Source: Nitrosopumilaceae archaeon (GTDB lineage Archaea; Thermoproteota; Nitrososphaeria; Nitrososphaerales; Nitrosopumilaceae). Taken from it: a stretch of DNA of 64,000 nt. The DNA lies in contig CBDATR010000010.1 in the NCBI GenBank assembly GCA_965200155.1, positions 160,001 to 224,000 on the forward strand, read 5' to 3'. Position numbers and translations under genes: made by a program. Below are positions 52,126 through 63,323 of the stretch, one piece after another (the stretch's first letter is position 1; the number at the start of each line of letters is the position of its first letter). The notes beneath the pieces were generated by a model. The model did not search any database. It saw nothing but the letters and a program-made list of their open reading frames with translations, and was not told where the DNA came from.

Positions 52126-52500
52126 TCAGGGTTTTCGCATTATGGATGAAAAGCTATGAATCGCCTGTTCCATGGATTTTATTCCCAGTATGCGTGTTTG
52201 GGCGTACCATTTTAGGAAGATTTCATAGTTATCCAGATAAGCCATAGTTGTGTTGGTCCAGATATTCACAGATGTCTTGAACATCTCCTGTGCCGGTGTG
52301 TTATCAATTGTAAAACCGGCCTGCTCCAAGGCATAGACTGACTTGAAAAAATCATCTGCCACATGCGTGTATTCCCGGTAGATATCCGAATACATCTTGA
52401 TGTAGATTGGTATCTGTGAATCCATCTTCTTGAGTATACGCTTGCTACCGTCCCGCATTATATCGCAAGAAGTATCACTTGACATGTATATTTTAGCCAT
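52126..52500 (-). CDS. Hypothetical protein
   Basis: Clean ORF between mapped features. Confidence 0.65.
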   Translation of the reverse strand: MAKIYMSSDTSCDIMRDGSKRILKKMDSQIPIYIKMYSDIYREYTHVADDFFKSVYALEQAGFTIDNTPAQEMFKTSVNIWTNTTMAYLDNYEIFLKWYAQTRILGIKSMEQAIHSFSSIMRKP

Positions 52501-52557
52501 TTTTGTCTATTAAATTATAGCTAAAACCCAAATATTTGACAACCGCGCCACTCCGGT

Positions 52558-53073
52558 CTAGAACGTCTGTTGCATATCGCTGCGTATCAAGTCTATCTTC
52601 TTGCGAAATGCCTTCTTTGCCAAGTCGTTATTTTTTAGGTTCATTACTCCGCCACAATTCCCGCACTTAAAGTCCAGTCCCAGCGTCTCCTCGAAAGTTA
52701 CCCGAGGGCAGTCATTACTGCCGCAATGATAGAATTGCGTGGAATTCTCATAATCCAGCCGCTGTTGGAGTCGCTCCATTATGTGACGCTTTTGGCTCTC
52801 GATGAATGTTTCCACCTCATCACGGCGAGTTCTCCAACGGTACACAAACCACCCCTTTCTCTCATCTTTGACGCGTATACCAGTTATCAGGGATTTCCCG
52901 AACAATCCATACAGTACCTTGCGCACCATGTTTATGCGCAGGCCGGTGGAGCTGGCTATCTCCTCATCGGTTGCATACTCGGTCTTTAAGAGTGACCGTG
53001 CCACCTTGAGGTACTCGTCACCACCGATCATCGCTGCTATACGAACAAAGGGGTCATCATACTTTCTTATCAA
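52558..53073 (-). CDS. tfe: Transcription factor E (TFIIE alpha)
   Basis: TDEEIA, VRKVLY, GWFVYRW, Zn ribbon. Confidence 0.92.
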   Translation of the reverse strand: MIRKYDDPFVRIAAMIGGDEYLKVARSLLKTEYATDEEIASSTGLRINMVRKVLYGLFGKSLITGIRVKDERKGWFVYRWRTRRDEVETFIESQKRHIMERLQQRLDYENSTQFYHCGSNDCPRVTFEETLGLDFKCGNCGGVMNLKNNDLAKKAFRKKIDLIRSDMQQTF

Positions 53074-53099
53074 TCACTTCAGTACTTGGAGATATTATA

Positions 53100-53621
53100 T
53101 TAATCCGTTACTACACGCTTGCCCCTATCCTGCGGAATGATACGAAACACGCCTCCGGGCATCCGTGCATCCAACTGAGCGCCCTGCTGTATGCGATCCA
53201 GCAAGACAGCCAATGCTGCTATCTCAGAGTGTGGTTGGCTTCCGACCGATACGTTATAGTCCGCCATATCATATATTTCCCTGGGCACCTTGCCTGCACC
53301 TATTACCACCAGCATACGTTGCAGGCGCATCACACCAGATAGGACATGATTAAGCATCTGCCCGTACATGGTGAGATGTACGATGCCGTATGAGTCAGCT
53401 TTTTTGCGGCGTATGACGCCCCGTATATTGTCATCCAGTATTACCTGGAATTGCCCACCCCAATTGTGATTCACTGCCTGTACGGTGTCACGTATATCCG
53501 CGCTAGCCTCGCTCATGTATATGCAACGGGCACCAAAGGCCCTGGAGACCAGTGCTGCGTGAGTGGTTACACGATCGTCCCGTACCAGCCGCTGCCCCAG
53601 CCGGGCCACCTCTATTATCAA
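53100..53621 (-). CDS. tRNA (cytidine56-2'-O)-methyltransferase aTrm56
   Basis: [27 protein letters not shown]. Confidence 0.92.
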   Translation of the reverse strand: MIIEVARLGQRLVRDDRVTTHAALVSRAFGARCIYMSEASADIRDTVQAVNHNWGGQFQVILDDNIRGVIRRKKADSYGIVHLTMYGQMLNHVLSGVMRLQRMLVVIGAGKVPREIYDMADYNVSVGSQPHSEIAALAVLLDRIQQGAQLDARMPGGVFRIIPQDRGKRVVTD

Positions 53622-54691
53622 TTTCCCTCCACGGCAGATACCAGTTGCCGCAATGATTGCAGACCCTGTCCGGTGACCGCGGAGATTGCCACCCACCGCT
53701 GTCTCTTTATGTCCAGTGTGTCAAGACATGCCTCCATATGGGGAATGGTGACTTTGTCTACCTTGTTCAGTGCAAAGACAAGCTTGGCGCGCTCTATGCC
53801 CAGCTGGTTTAGCGTGCTCATGCAGCTGCGATACTTTTTTTTCAGATTTGTCATATTGTCGCTTATATCCAGGACTACGATAATGGTGTCAGAGTATACC
53901 ATCTCCTCAAGAGTAGACCGGAATGCCTCTACCATATATGCGGGAAGCTTGTTGATGAATCCCACAGTGTCCGAAAGAAGGTATGTCGTGCCTTCTGCCT
54001 GGAATCGCCGTACTGTAGTGGAGAGGGTAGTAAAGAGATTCTCCCCCTGTTCCCGGTCTTCGCCGGTCAGGGCGTTGAATAGGGTGGTCTTGCCCGCGGA
54101 TGTATATCCCGCAAGGGATACAGTATGGAATCCCTGGCGCTTTCTCCCCTGCCGGTGCAACATACGCTGTTTGCCCGCCTTGGCTAGTTTGGCGCGGACC
54201 GAGGTCATACGATGCCGTATGTCATTGTAGTAAACATCCACCTCAAACTTACCTATCCCCATGAATCCCGGTTGCTCACCCATCTTGGCTAGACGGACCT
54301 TGTCCTTGGCACGTCCCGCCTCGTAGCGCATCTGCGCCAGTTTTACTTGTAGGCGCGACTCAGAGCTGGAGGCGCGCTTCTCGAATATGTCAAGTATGAG
54401 GGTCTCCCGGTCCAGGACGTTCCGGTGCAAACGGGAAGCCAGATTGTAATTCTGGCTGGGTCGCAGAACCTCGTCATATATTATCACGTCAGGGGTTAGC
54501 CTCTCGGCCAGATCATCCAGGCGCTCTACCATATACTCACTTATGCCATATTTGGGACGATCCAAAAATCGCTGGCGCATGATATGTGCAACCCCGTATC
54601 CGGCAGCATTGCAGAGAGCAACTGCTTCGTCCACCGCGTCCCGGCGGTCGTATGTGATTAGTATGGCAGAGCCCTCTTGTGTGACAGCCAT
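53618..54691 (-). CDS. hflX: GTPase HflX
   Basis: [25 protein letters not shown]. Confidence 0.93.
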   Translation of the reverse strand: MAVTQEGSAILITYDRRDAVDEAVALCNAAGYGVAHIMRQRFLDRPKYGISEYMVERLDDLAERLTPDVIIYDEVLRPSQNYNLASRLHRNVLDRETLILDIFEKRASSSESRLQVKLAQMRYEAGRAKDKVRLAKMGEQPGFMGIGKFEVDVYYNDIRHRMTSVRAKLAKAGKQRMLHRQGRKRQGFHTVSLAGYTSAGKTTLFNALTGEDREQGENLFTTLSTTVRRFQAEGTTYLLSDTVGFINKLPAYMVEAFRSTLEEMVYSDTIIVVLDISDNMTNLKKKYRSCMSTLNQLGIERAKLVFALNKVDKVTIPHMEACLDTLDIKRQRWVAISAVTGQGLQSLRQLVSAVEGN

Positions 54692-54694
54692 GTT

Positions 54695-55348
54695 TCACGC
54701 CACCATGGTATCCAAGGGATGGATTTGGGCTATGGTGCGAGCTGCCAGCATGTCACGCTTTCCCCTCTGGTTACAGTTCCTGCTGCGAGAGCTTGTGTTA
54801 GCCTCATTTACAAACTCCAAATTATAGGGCGGCAGATCCTCCAGGGACAGCAGGGCTGCCAGCCGCCTGGCCGTATGCATGTCACCATTACCCACTCGCA
54901 CGGTCCGATATGAGGAGCCAGACCACCGCAGCATGACAGAGATGTATGATACCAGATGAGTATCAGAAAAGAACAGTACCTGTTCCACTTCTTGGCCCGC
55001 ATAGAATACTGCCACGCCCAGGAGCTTGCCGGGATCTATGCCTATTACCAGATGATCATCAAATGCATCGGCGCCACATCTGCTCAGGAGTGTAGCTAGG
55101 GCTATTCCGTATCCCATGGCTAGTTCATAATCATACATTACGCGTACAGTTGGCGGTACGGGAATAACCTCCTGCGGCGTGGTTAGTACGATATGACCGG
55201 AATAGTCATGCATCTGCAAAGGCACCAAGACATCATATTTTATGCCCATATGCGAGAGCCATTGTGTAAACTTGTAGTACGGCTTGGCGCGGGCCGTGGC
55301 TACCCCAATGCGATATTTTTCGATGTGGTTAATGATATGATTATTCAC
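54695..55348 (-). CDS. Hypothetical protein with C-terminal RNase H-like (YqgF-like) fold
   Basis: IGIDPG, VNE..TS, D..AA..IA. Confidence 0.7.
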   Translation of the reverse strand: MNNHIINHIEKYRIGVATARAKPYYKFTQWLSHMGIKYDVLVPLQMHDYSGHIVLTTPQEVIPVPPTVRVMYDYELAMGYGIALATLLSRCGADAFDDHLVIGIDPGKLLGVAVFYAGQEVEQVLFFSDTHLVSYISVMLRWSGSSYRTVRVGNGDMHTARRLAALLSLEDLPPYNLEFVNEANTSSRSRNCNQRGKRDMLAARTIAQIHPLDTMVA

Positions 55349-55385
55349 GTTAGGTTAATAATTTTTACGCGTCTTAGCGAGATTT

Positions 55386-56377
55386 TCAATAGTACGAAAA
55401 GTCCGCTTAGGATCCGGCGTACAGTAGTTCAGATTGCACAAGCCAGATGGTAAAGAGAATAACAGAGGAATCAAGACAAAAAGAGGCGTTGCCACAACCA
55501 AAATAGCTCAAGACATGAGACAAGACACGTACGAAGATTGTGAACCAGAGAACGGGAACGACTCGAGTAAAGATGGGCAGGTCCATGATACCAATCACCG
55601 CCACCCAGATACGAATGGTAACTGAAGCATACAGCAAGGATCCCGCCGTAGTACGTATTGCAAAGAGGCTTAGACAGAATTACAATATATCGCGCAGTAT
55701 ATCACATAATGAAAAAGAACGGTACAGCAGGATCATCACATGCAAAATCAGAGTGGGTACGCTATGAGCGTAAATATTCCAATGCAATGTGGCACTGGCA
55801 TGCCATGAATGAGCGCTTCAAGGGACTGAATCTCAGATGATGCATCCACCCACCCGCTCCAGGAGTCTCCTAGCGGCGGCGCGCTTCAAGGGACTGAATC
55901 TCATAGATGATGCATCCAGGTGTATAGTCGGAGCGGCACTATTTGAGCATGCAACCTCAGAGAACGCCATTCTATTACTGAGACGGGCAATGAAACGATT
56001 CGGCGCCCCTGCATCTCGGATAACGGCGCGTGTTTCGTAGGACAATAAAAGGGCAAAAAGAACTGGAAACCCACTATTCTAGGAAGAACTGCTGGATCAA
56101 GACATCATACTAATCAATTCCAGACCATACCACCCGCAGACAAATGGCAAACTGGAGCGCGTCCATGGAATGATTGAGGATGAGATATGACATTATGACA
56201 GTCTCCGGGATTATGTTGACTACTACAATGAGAGAATGTTGCACTTCTCACTGGATATAGATAACGGCGAAACGCCGCTTCAGGAATAAAAAGGCGACCC
56301 AGACAATTAGGGCAAATGATGTAAAATGGATGGAGCGAGATACCAATGACTAGCGGACCGACTTTTCATACATTACA
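55386..56377 (+). mobile_element. IS481-like element, copy 2 (degraded)
   Basis: Inverted homologue of 15848-16786; 16-bp TSD CGTCTTAGCGAGATTT. Confidence 0.87.
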
Positions 56378-56450
56378 CGTCTTAGCGAGATTTAACGCCG
56401 GATACACGTCTAAATCAATAGAGTGTATCAGGGCGAATCTCTGCCACGTT

Positions 56451-56538
56451 TGGTGCGGGAGGCGGGATTCGAACCCGCGAACCCCTTAGAGACAGGGTCC
56501 TAAGCCCTGCGCCTTTGACCAGGCTTGGCAACTCCCGC
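56451..56538 (-). tRNA. tRNA-Leu(TAG), CCA encoded
   Basis: Cloverleaf with long variable arm; loop cttagga. Confidence 0.95.
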
Positions 56539-56883
56539 AGACTATGCTGGATGATGGTGAATTTATCTATTGGTGATTGGGTGTTACCAAACAGGAACAG
56601 AACTGATCGCATAAAGACAGATCACACGGATAACAACCGTCAAGCATAAGTTGCGTATGTAAAAATAGGTCACACCTTCCCGGTATCTCACAAAAGGGGT
56701 ATCCTAGGTTTTTATCTAGTCCAGGGTTAGCTTGCTTATAACAAAATTACGTCGATTAGTCTACTCCCGTCCATTTTGAGTCGTCCTCCCCTGACGCGCA
56801 CCTGTTATGCCCTCTGAGTGATGACTCCATATTCTTCATGTTAAGCGCCCTAAACGGCCACAATATCACACTTAAAGACGCAT

Positions 56884-57771
56884 TTGGGAAAATGTTGCGT
56901 AATGGTAGACCAGTCTACAATGAAGGGTTTTGGTGGGACAGAACGGGTGAACCATGATGCAAGCGATTTTTACTCCCGAAAGATGTTTTCTGGCATAGAT
57001 TCAGACCAGTCAGAGTATGATAACAATATTGGTCAGTACCGCAATACCATACTAAATCAGGATAGTGCAAGGCTGGGAATGATACCGGATTCATGCGTTC
57101 ATTTGATGGTGACCTCACCACCGTACAACGTAGGCAAGGACTATGATGATGATATCACGTTATCACAGTATCTGGAGATGTTAAATGATGTATTCAAGGA
57201 GACATTTCGAATATTGGTGAATGGCGGCCGCGCCTGCATCAATATAGCCAATGTGGGACGCAAGCCGTACATTCCACTGCACTCGTACATCATTGGAATA
57301 ATGTCAAAGATTGGTTTTCTGATGAGGGGAGAGATAATCTGGGAGAAGGGAGCCGGTGCAGGGGCGTCTACTGCATGGGGTTCCTGGATGTCCGCCACTA
57401 ATCCCACACTCAGGGATACACATGAGTACATACTGGTATTTTCAAAGGGAAAGTTTGGCAGGAAACGCGGAATCAATACTATAACCCGGGACGAGTTCCT
57501 GGATTATACAAAAAGTGTATGGTCGTTCAAACCGGAGAGCGCTAGAGCGCTGAATCACCCGGCACCGTTCCCGGTGGAATTACCATACCGGTGCATACAG
57601 CTGTATTCATTCCAGGGCGATGTTGTGTTCGATCCATTTTGCGGTTCCGGCACCAGCGCAATAGCGGCAATCCGGTCTGGTCGTGATTACCTGATGGCCG
57701 ACAAGGACAGCGAATATGTCATGACTGCAAAGAAACGAGTAGAAAGTGAAATGTTTTACATCTCAAATTAG
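56884..57771 (+). CDS. Site-specific DNA methyltransferase (N4-C/N6-A, beta class)
   Basis: TSPPY precedes HPAPFP and DPFCGSG. Confidence 0.92.
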   Translation: MGKCCVMVDQSTMKGFGGTERVNHDASDFYSRKMFSGIDSDQSEYDNNIGQYRNTILNQDSARLGMIPDSCVHLMVTSPPYNVGKDYDDDITLSQYLEMLNDVFKETFRILVNGGRACINIANVGRKPYIPLHSYIIGIMSKIGFLMRGEIIWEKGAGAGASTAWGSWMSATNPTLRDTHEYILVFSKGKFGRKRGINTITRDEFLDYTKSVWSFKPESARALNHPAPFPVELPYRCIQLYSFQGDVVFDPFCGSGTSAIAAIRSGRDYLMADKDSEYVMTAKKRVESEMFYISN

Positions 57772-57999
57772 TCCAACTTGGGCCATTCCCATTTGTACTG
57801 GATTTGGATTGGTATTCGTCCCATTTGGTCTATGAGTCCATGGTTCAAACGTGTGCTCAGACTGTAATAGTCGGGCGTGGACAATACTCAGGGGGACTGC
57901 TGGTGCCAAGTGCACCATTTATGCATGCCGAGACGACCCAAACGGTTACGCAGACAGCTTCACAAGATTTTTAATCTGTAGTTACTTTCAAAGCAATAA

Positions 58000-58077
58000 G
58001 CCCTTGTAGTATAGCCCGGTCTAGAATTCGGCCCTGTCACGGCTGAGACGCGTGTTCAAATCCCGCCAAGGGCGCCA
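58000..58077 (+). tRNA. tRNA-Asp(GTC), CCA encoded
   Basis: Acceptor gcccttg/caagggc; loop ctgtcac. Confidence 0.92.
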
Positions 58078-58871
58078 TAATCCATTACAGCGTATATCTG
58101 GTCTGCCACATCTTTATCGGCCGCGGCCACAAAGGATACCCTGGTACCGTAACCCAGGTCCGCATCCAGGGGTTTCTTGTATTCATCCAGAATCAAGCCG
58201 CCAGCCTCCTTTACCAAGAGGTATCCCGCGGCTACGTCCTGTATTCTTATCTTGTTGCGAATATCCACAAAGGCATCCAACAGTCCCGCAGAGAAATGAG
58301 CCATCTCCAAGGCATTGGCCCCCATATGCCTTATGTGACTGTTCTTTAGTAGCGGCTGTATACACCGTACCATCTGCGCGTCTACGCCGGAGAGATTAAT
58401 GCCGATTATGGTGTATCCGGATTCACCCCTGCCCGCCTGTATTGGCTTATCGTCAAGAAATGCACCGCCACCACTACTAGCCTTATAGGTATGGCCACTG
58501 TGCAAATCCTTTATGACCCCGGCTACCACACCGCTCAGCGCGCAACTGGTGGCAAATGCCAGTGAGCTGCAAAAGAACGGAAAACCCCGTACCGCATTTG
58601 CCGTGCCGTCTATCGCGTCCATTATGACATAACCCTGAGGATCCGGAGATAATTCTACCCTGCCACACTCCTCGCCCAGTACCACGCAGGGAAACTCCTT
58701 CTCTCGCAAAAAGTCCAGTACCACGCCCTCTGCAGTAACGTCTATGTTCTTGCTGATATCACCACCGGCCCCCCGGCCAAAATCGCCTCCCGCGTTGGCG
58801 GTACCGGCCATATCCTTGACACTATGATATATGAGATCCGACGCTTCCTGTAGGATTGATAGGGGCTCCAT
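58056..58871 (-). CDS. Inositol monophosphatase/FBPase family
   Basis: GEE, DAIDGTAN, DVAAG. Confidence 0.9.
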   Translation of the reverse strand: MEPLSILQEASDLIYHSVKDMAGTANAGGDFGRGAGGDISKNIDVTAEGVVLDFLREKEFPCVVLGEECGRVELSPDPQGYVIMDAIDGTANAVRGFPFFCSSLAFATSCALSGVVAGVIKDLHSGHTYKASSGGGAFLDDKPIQAGRGESGYTIIGINLSGVDAQMVRCIQPLLKNSHIRHMGANALEMAHFSAGLLDAFVDIRNKIRIQDVAAGYLLVKEAGGLILDEYKKPLDADLGYGTRVSFVAAADKDVADQIYAVMDYGALGGI

Positions 58872-58963
58872 TCAAGAGGATACATACAAGCAGGTAATTA
58901 ATCCAGCGATGACATATGGGTACTCCTCAAAAGAATAAAAGGTAAGACAGGCATCCGCATGAT

Positions 58964-60064
58964 ATGATAGGCAAGGATGAATCTGTGACCAGTCGGGAAG
59001 GGCTGAGCAGTACAAAGGCAGGCAGGGCAATCATGAAAGAGGCACTCTTCAAGTCCAAGGGTTACCGCATGTTCAATCAGTACAGGGATCAAACTATAGA
59101 GCAGATGTACGATTTTGAGGAAAGATTCGTCAATGACTTGTTGCAAGCCATAAAGGAGGATAATAATCCCAACACGACACAGGAGGAGTTTGGGAGTATC
59201 GTGGGCACGGATCAGCTGGCCCTGGATCCTTCCATCACGGATACTGTGAAGACGCGACTGACAGACCGGTACACATTACAGGACAGGGTACGCCGTATAC
59301 TGAACTCAAATTTTGTCAAGATGACATTTCCCGTATTTAACGCACTCTTTGATGCCGCGAACCATGCAGACCATACAATGAAGCAAGATATAGTGGAGGG
59401 TCACATACTGGCAATAGATCTCAGCGAGCCCATGGATCGTATAGTAGACAAGGACGAGGATCAGGAATTCCTGGACGACTACAGGCTTATGATTCCATAT
59501 ATCCTAAGGATAGCACAGGAGAAGATAGGACGGGGAGGAGAGTCCGTGCTAAAGACTTTCGAGGAGGGCTTTGCGGACGCGCGCGCAGGCCAGTACATGG
59601 ACGAGAGACTCAAATCACAGCCCCATAGCATAACAGAGTCCCAGATGGACTTTTCCTACAAAAAGTATCGCGCCGTAATGGGGACGGCCGGTAGGAATAT
59701 GGCGCTCTCCGACTCTTCGTTAGGGGAGATATTCTACATGGGAATGTCCCACGCTGCAGAGGCGGTGGGATGTGGTAACGAGATGGAGGACTCGCTTCGT
59801 AACGGATACGTAAAGATACCTTCCTGGCCTCTCTATTATACCACTCTTGCAGGCGACATAAGCAAGGGATTCGCCAGTACCATGAAGAGGAGTGATACGT
59901 ATCTGGAACAGGCGCGCATATCACTGGACATATTACCGGATAACTTTACGCATATAGAGTTCCTAAAGTTTCTCTTTCTTACAGTGGAGCACTACAACCA
60001 ATTCTGGTACAACAAAATTACAAAGAACGACGCCTGGACCGGGCTTCGTATGCCGAAAGAATGA
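58964..60064 (+). CDS. Conserved hypothetical protein
   Basis: Long ORF overlapping the RFC gene start. Confidence 0.8.
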   Translation: MIGKDESVTSREGLSSTKAGRAIMKEALFKSKGYRMFNQYRDQTIEQMYDFEERFVNDLLQAIKEDNNPNTTQEEFGSIVGTDQLALDPSITDTVKTRLTDRYTLQDRVRRILNSNFVKMTFPVFNALFDAANHADHTMKQDIVEGHILAIDLSEPMDRIVDKDEDQEFLDDYRLMIPYILRIAQEKIGRGGESVLKTFEEGFADARAGQYMDERLKSQPHSITESQMDFSYKKYRAVMGTAGRNMALSDSSLGEIFYMGMSHAAEAVGCGNEMEDSLRNGYVKIPSWPLYYTTLAGDISKGFASTMKRSDTYLEQARISLDILPDNFTHIEFLKFLFLTVEHYNQFWYNKITKNDAWTGLRMPKE

Positions 60065-61209
60065 TGTGGTCGGAGCGGTATCGCCCCGCATCCATTGGTG
60101 ACATGGTGGGAAACGAGAAGGCGCGTAGCGAGGTAATGGAGTGGTTCCTAGAATGGAAGCCCGGAGCCAAACCACTGCTCCTTACCGGACCGCCTGGAAT
60201 AGGCAAGACCACCATAGCCAGCATAGCATCGGTCACCCTTGGCTATGACATGGTGGAGATGAACGCCAGTGATGCCCGAAGCAAGTCACGCATAAACAGG
60301 ATGCTAGGACCCACCCTGACCAGTACAGGACTGAGGGATAGAATGATGATATTCGTGGACGAGGTTGATGGCATACACGGCAGTTCCGATTATGGCGGGG
60401 GCGAGGCACTGCTACGCCTGTTAAAGAAGCCCCCAATTCCAATCGTAATGGCATCCAACTCTCAGGATACCGCCAAGATGAAGAGCATAGCAAAAGCCTC
60501 AAAGATGGTGCAGTTCCAACCGGTACCCCCCCGGCTTTTGCGCATGCGTTTAGTACACGTGCTAAAGCAGGAGGGCGCTACCCTGGGACCTGGTGCTATA
60601 ATACGAACAATATCCCAATCCCAAGGAGACATGCGCGCCCTGCTGAATCTGGCCCAATCCATGGTTACGGGATTCCGCCCGGAGACCGGACGGAGTGTCA
60701 CCGATATGGATGCCCAGAATGGAGTAGAGGCATTCTTTTCGGCAAAATCCCCCGACCAGGCTACCCTGATGCTATACACCATGCAGATAAATCCGCGTGA
60801 CAAGATAAACGCGTTCTACTCCAGTGTGGTGACCAGTACACTGGAGGCGCCCAAGATGGCACGCTTACTGAGAGTGTTATCACAAGCGGACATGTTGTAT
60901 GGTCGTATCATGGCCACACAGAACTGGAGACTCCTAAGGTACCTAAACACAATATTGACAGGGATGTACGGGAACGATACAACGGTTCAGTACGCCCAGT
61001 ATAACCTGCCGTTTCCTGCCATAAACCGAATTCGTTTTGATTCAGGCAGGATTGGCGCCATCAACAAATGGCTGGGCAAGCAGCTGCACATGTCCGCTAG
61101 CGCCGCGGCGAGTATTGCTACACCCTACTATATGGCACTGGTCCAGAACGGGACCCTGGAGGCGCCAGAAGAATTCCTGGACATCATAGCAAAGGAGGCC
61201 AAATCATGA
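60061..61209 (+). CDS. rfcL: Replication factor C large subunit
   Basis: WSERYRP, GPPGIGKT, NASD, DEVDG, GDMR. Confidence 0.9.
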   Translation: MMWSERYRPASIGDMVGNEKARSEVMEWFLEWKPGAKPLLLTGPPGIGKTTIASIASVTLGYDMVEMNASDARSKSRINRMLGPTLTSTGLRDRMMIFVDEVDGIHGSSDYGGGEALLRLLKKPPIPIVMASNSQDTAKMKSIAKASKMVQFQPVPPRLLRMRLVHVLKQEGATLGPGAIIRTISQSQGDMRALLNLAQSMVTGFRPETGRSVTDMDAQNGVEAFFSAKSPDQATLMLYTMQINPRDKINAFYSSVVTSTLEAPKMARLLRVLSQADMLYGRIMATQNWRLLRYLNTILTGMYGNDTTVQYAQYNLPFPAINRIRFDSGRIGAINKWLGKQLHMSASAAASIATPYYMALVQNGTLEAPEEFLDIIAKEAKS

Positions 61210-61520
61210 GCTGGGTACAGATTAACATGAAGTTTGCCAGCGTCTGTATGATATGTAAGAAACGCCTAAGGGCAGGCGAGCCGGGCCTGTGGGCCAAGGG
61301 TGTGGGTGTAAAGCATGTTCAATGCGCCCAGGAGAGCGGCGCAACATGCATCATGTGTGGCAGTCCTGCCGGTTGCCAGCAGTGCTCTGTGTCAGAGGAC
61401 TGTGATTACAAGAATGTCTCCCTGTGCATATGCAGTAACTGTGAGGGTACAATTACCATAGCCAAGTATGGAATGGCCGCGGAGAAAAAGTTCCACGCCC
61501 TGAGTTCAGGCAAGGGCTAA
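61206..61520 (+). CDS. Cys-rich putative zinc-binding protein
   Basis: Several CxxC motifs; ATGA overlap with rfcL. Confidence 0.75.
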   Translation: MSWVQINMKFASVCMICKKRLRAGEPGLWAKGVGVKHVQCAQESGATCIMCGSPAGCQQCSVSEDCDYKNVSLCICSNCEGTITIAKYGMAAEKKFHALSSGKG

Positions 61521-61547
61521 ATTATACGCGCCGCAACAGAAATGTCA

Positions 61548-61621
61548 GGGTCTATGGCGCAGCCAGGTAGCGCACCGGACTTTTAATCCGGCTGTCGTGG
61601 GTTCGAATCCCTCTAGACCCG
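61548..61621 (+). tRNA. tRNA-Lys(TTT)
   Basis: Acceptor gggtcta/tagaccc; loop cttttaa. Confidence 0.93.
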
Positions 61622-61784
61622 CATCTATGCTCTTCCCAAGAGACACAAGTCGACATGCCATGTCGCAATAATGACCAAGGGATCATGCACATTATGTTCC
61701 CAGATTATACTTACTGTATATAGATAAAAAAGAATTATCATACTATGCGCATATTCTATATAGTATCACAGTCAATAAACAGGA

Positions 61785-62837
61785 ATGTCCGAGAAATACG
61801 AAACCCGTAAAATACAGTTTACCGGCAAGTCATCATATACAATATCCCTTCCAAAACCATGGATAGAGGACTTGGGACTGATGCAGGGGGACCTGGTTCG
61901 AATATACAGAAAGGGCTCCACTAACCTAGAACTGTATCCCCCCAATGTGAAGCCGCAAACACCACAGACTGAGGAAGCCACCATCGAGATACAACCCAAC
62001 GAGGAACCGGATGCCATCGGCCGCAAGCTTATCTCGCTGTACTTTATGGGATTCAGAATAATCAATATCAAGCCGCAGTCCGACAGACTGAGCCCGCACC
62101 ATCGCTTGCGCATAAAGGAGTCTGTCCGCCGCATGCTCATGGGCTCCGAGATAATATCAGACTCCTCGGATATGATAACTATTCAAGTACTGATCAATTT
62201 GGTGGAGCTCAATGTTGAGAGCGCCTTTAAGAGGATGGTACACTTGGCGAAGTCTGTCTCAAGGGATGCCCTCTTGGCAGTGCAGGAGAATAACCGGGAA
62301 CTGGCGAGGGAGGTAACTGACATGGACGACGAGATAGACCGGTTCAGTTTTTACATAATACGGCAGCTAAAGCTTGCCATACAGAGCGAACACATACTCA
62401 AGGAGGTGGGATTCCACAACGCTCGTGACTGCCTGGGATACCGGGTACTGGTCAAGAACATAGAGCGTGCAGGTGATCACGCAGTCATGATGGCCAAAGA
62501 CGTACTGGAATTCGACAAAAAAATAGACAAGGACGCCATTGCCGTACTGCAAGATATGAACGGCTTTGCTCTCTCTGTACTTGATGACGCCTGCCTGGCT
62601 CTGTTCAAGGCAGACTATATCCAGGCTGAGAACACCATCACAAAGGCCGCGCAGATAGCTCAGCACGAGAAGAACATTCAGGAAGTGACCGCATCTATAT
62701 GGGATAGCGAGATAGTATTCCGCATAAGACGCATAGCGGATAACATAAAGCGCATATCTGAGTATTCGGTTGACATTGCAGAGATAGTGCTAAACATGAA
62801 CGTAGAGAAGACGCTCAAGCAGAAAAGGATTGATTAA
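61785..62837 (+). CDS. phoU: AbrB-PhoU phosphate uptake regulator
   Basis: RKIQFTG.SSY.ISLPK.W; DDEIDR; ERAGDH. Confidence 0.9.
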   Translation: MSEKYETRKIQFTGKSSYTISLPKPWIEDLGLMQGDLVRIYRKGSTNLELYPPNVKPQTPQTEEATIEIQPNEEPDAIGRKLISLYFMGFRIINIKPQSDRLSPHHRLRIKESVRRMLMGSEIISDSSDMITIQVLINLVELNVESAFKRMVHLAKSVSRDALLAVQENNRELAREVTDMDDEIDRFSFYIIRQLKLAIQSEHILKEVGFHNARDCLGYRVLVKNIERAGDHAVMMAKDVLEFDKKIDKDAIAVLQDMNGFALSVLDDACLALFKADYIQAENTITKAAQIAQHEKNIQEVTASIWDSEIVFRIRRIADNIKRISEYSVDIAEIVLNMNVEKTLKQKRID

Positions 62838-63017
62838 TAAGTCTCATTTTCAGGGATGCGGAAAAGCGGCACATTTATTTAAATTTTAGTATGTTTTAGT
62901 ATACAATTCAATACCCTTTACTTCTGGAATAAAATTTACTTACAAATATGCCTAATTTTTTGAATAAATTAGGGATCTAATGTTAAATATGGTGTGAATC
63001 TACCATATACTATCAAA

Positions 63018-63323
63018 ATGACTTGTAAAGGAATTTGCACGAGATACAAGGCCCAAAAACCAGTAGGTACAGGCCGGTATGCATCAGGCCAACGGCGATG
63101 CCAGATATGCGAGATCTTCATAAAATGGGAGGGTCTCTGGTGTCCGTGCTGCGGGTACAGACTTCGAACAAAACCAAGAAACCTAAAGTACAAAGCAAAG
63201 CTGCGCGCCAGAGTGGAATCGATAGAAGCTCAAGAAGCCCAAAATGCAGAAGTGACCAGTTCAGGAAATGAATGGGTCCCAGACAGCCAGGCTCAAGAGG
63301 CAGAAGTACCGGTACAAAAGTAG
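63018..63323 (+). CDS. Small Cys-rich zinc-finger protein
   Basis: CKGIC, CQIC, CPCCGYRLR. Confidence 0.8.
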   Translation: MTCKGICTRYKAQKPVGTGRYASGQRRCQICEIFIKWEGLWCPCCGYRLRTKPRNLKYKAKLRARVESIEAQEAQNAEVTSSGNEWVPDSQAQEAEVPVQK

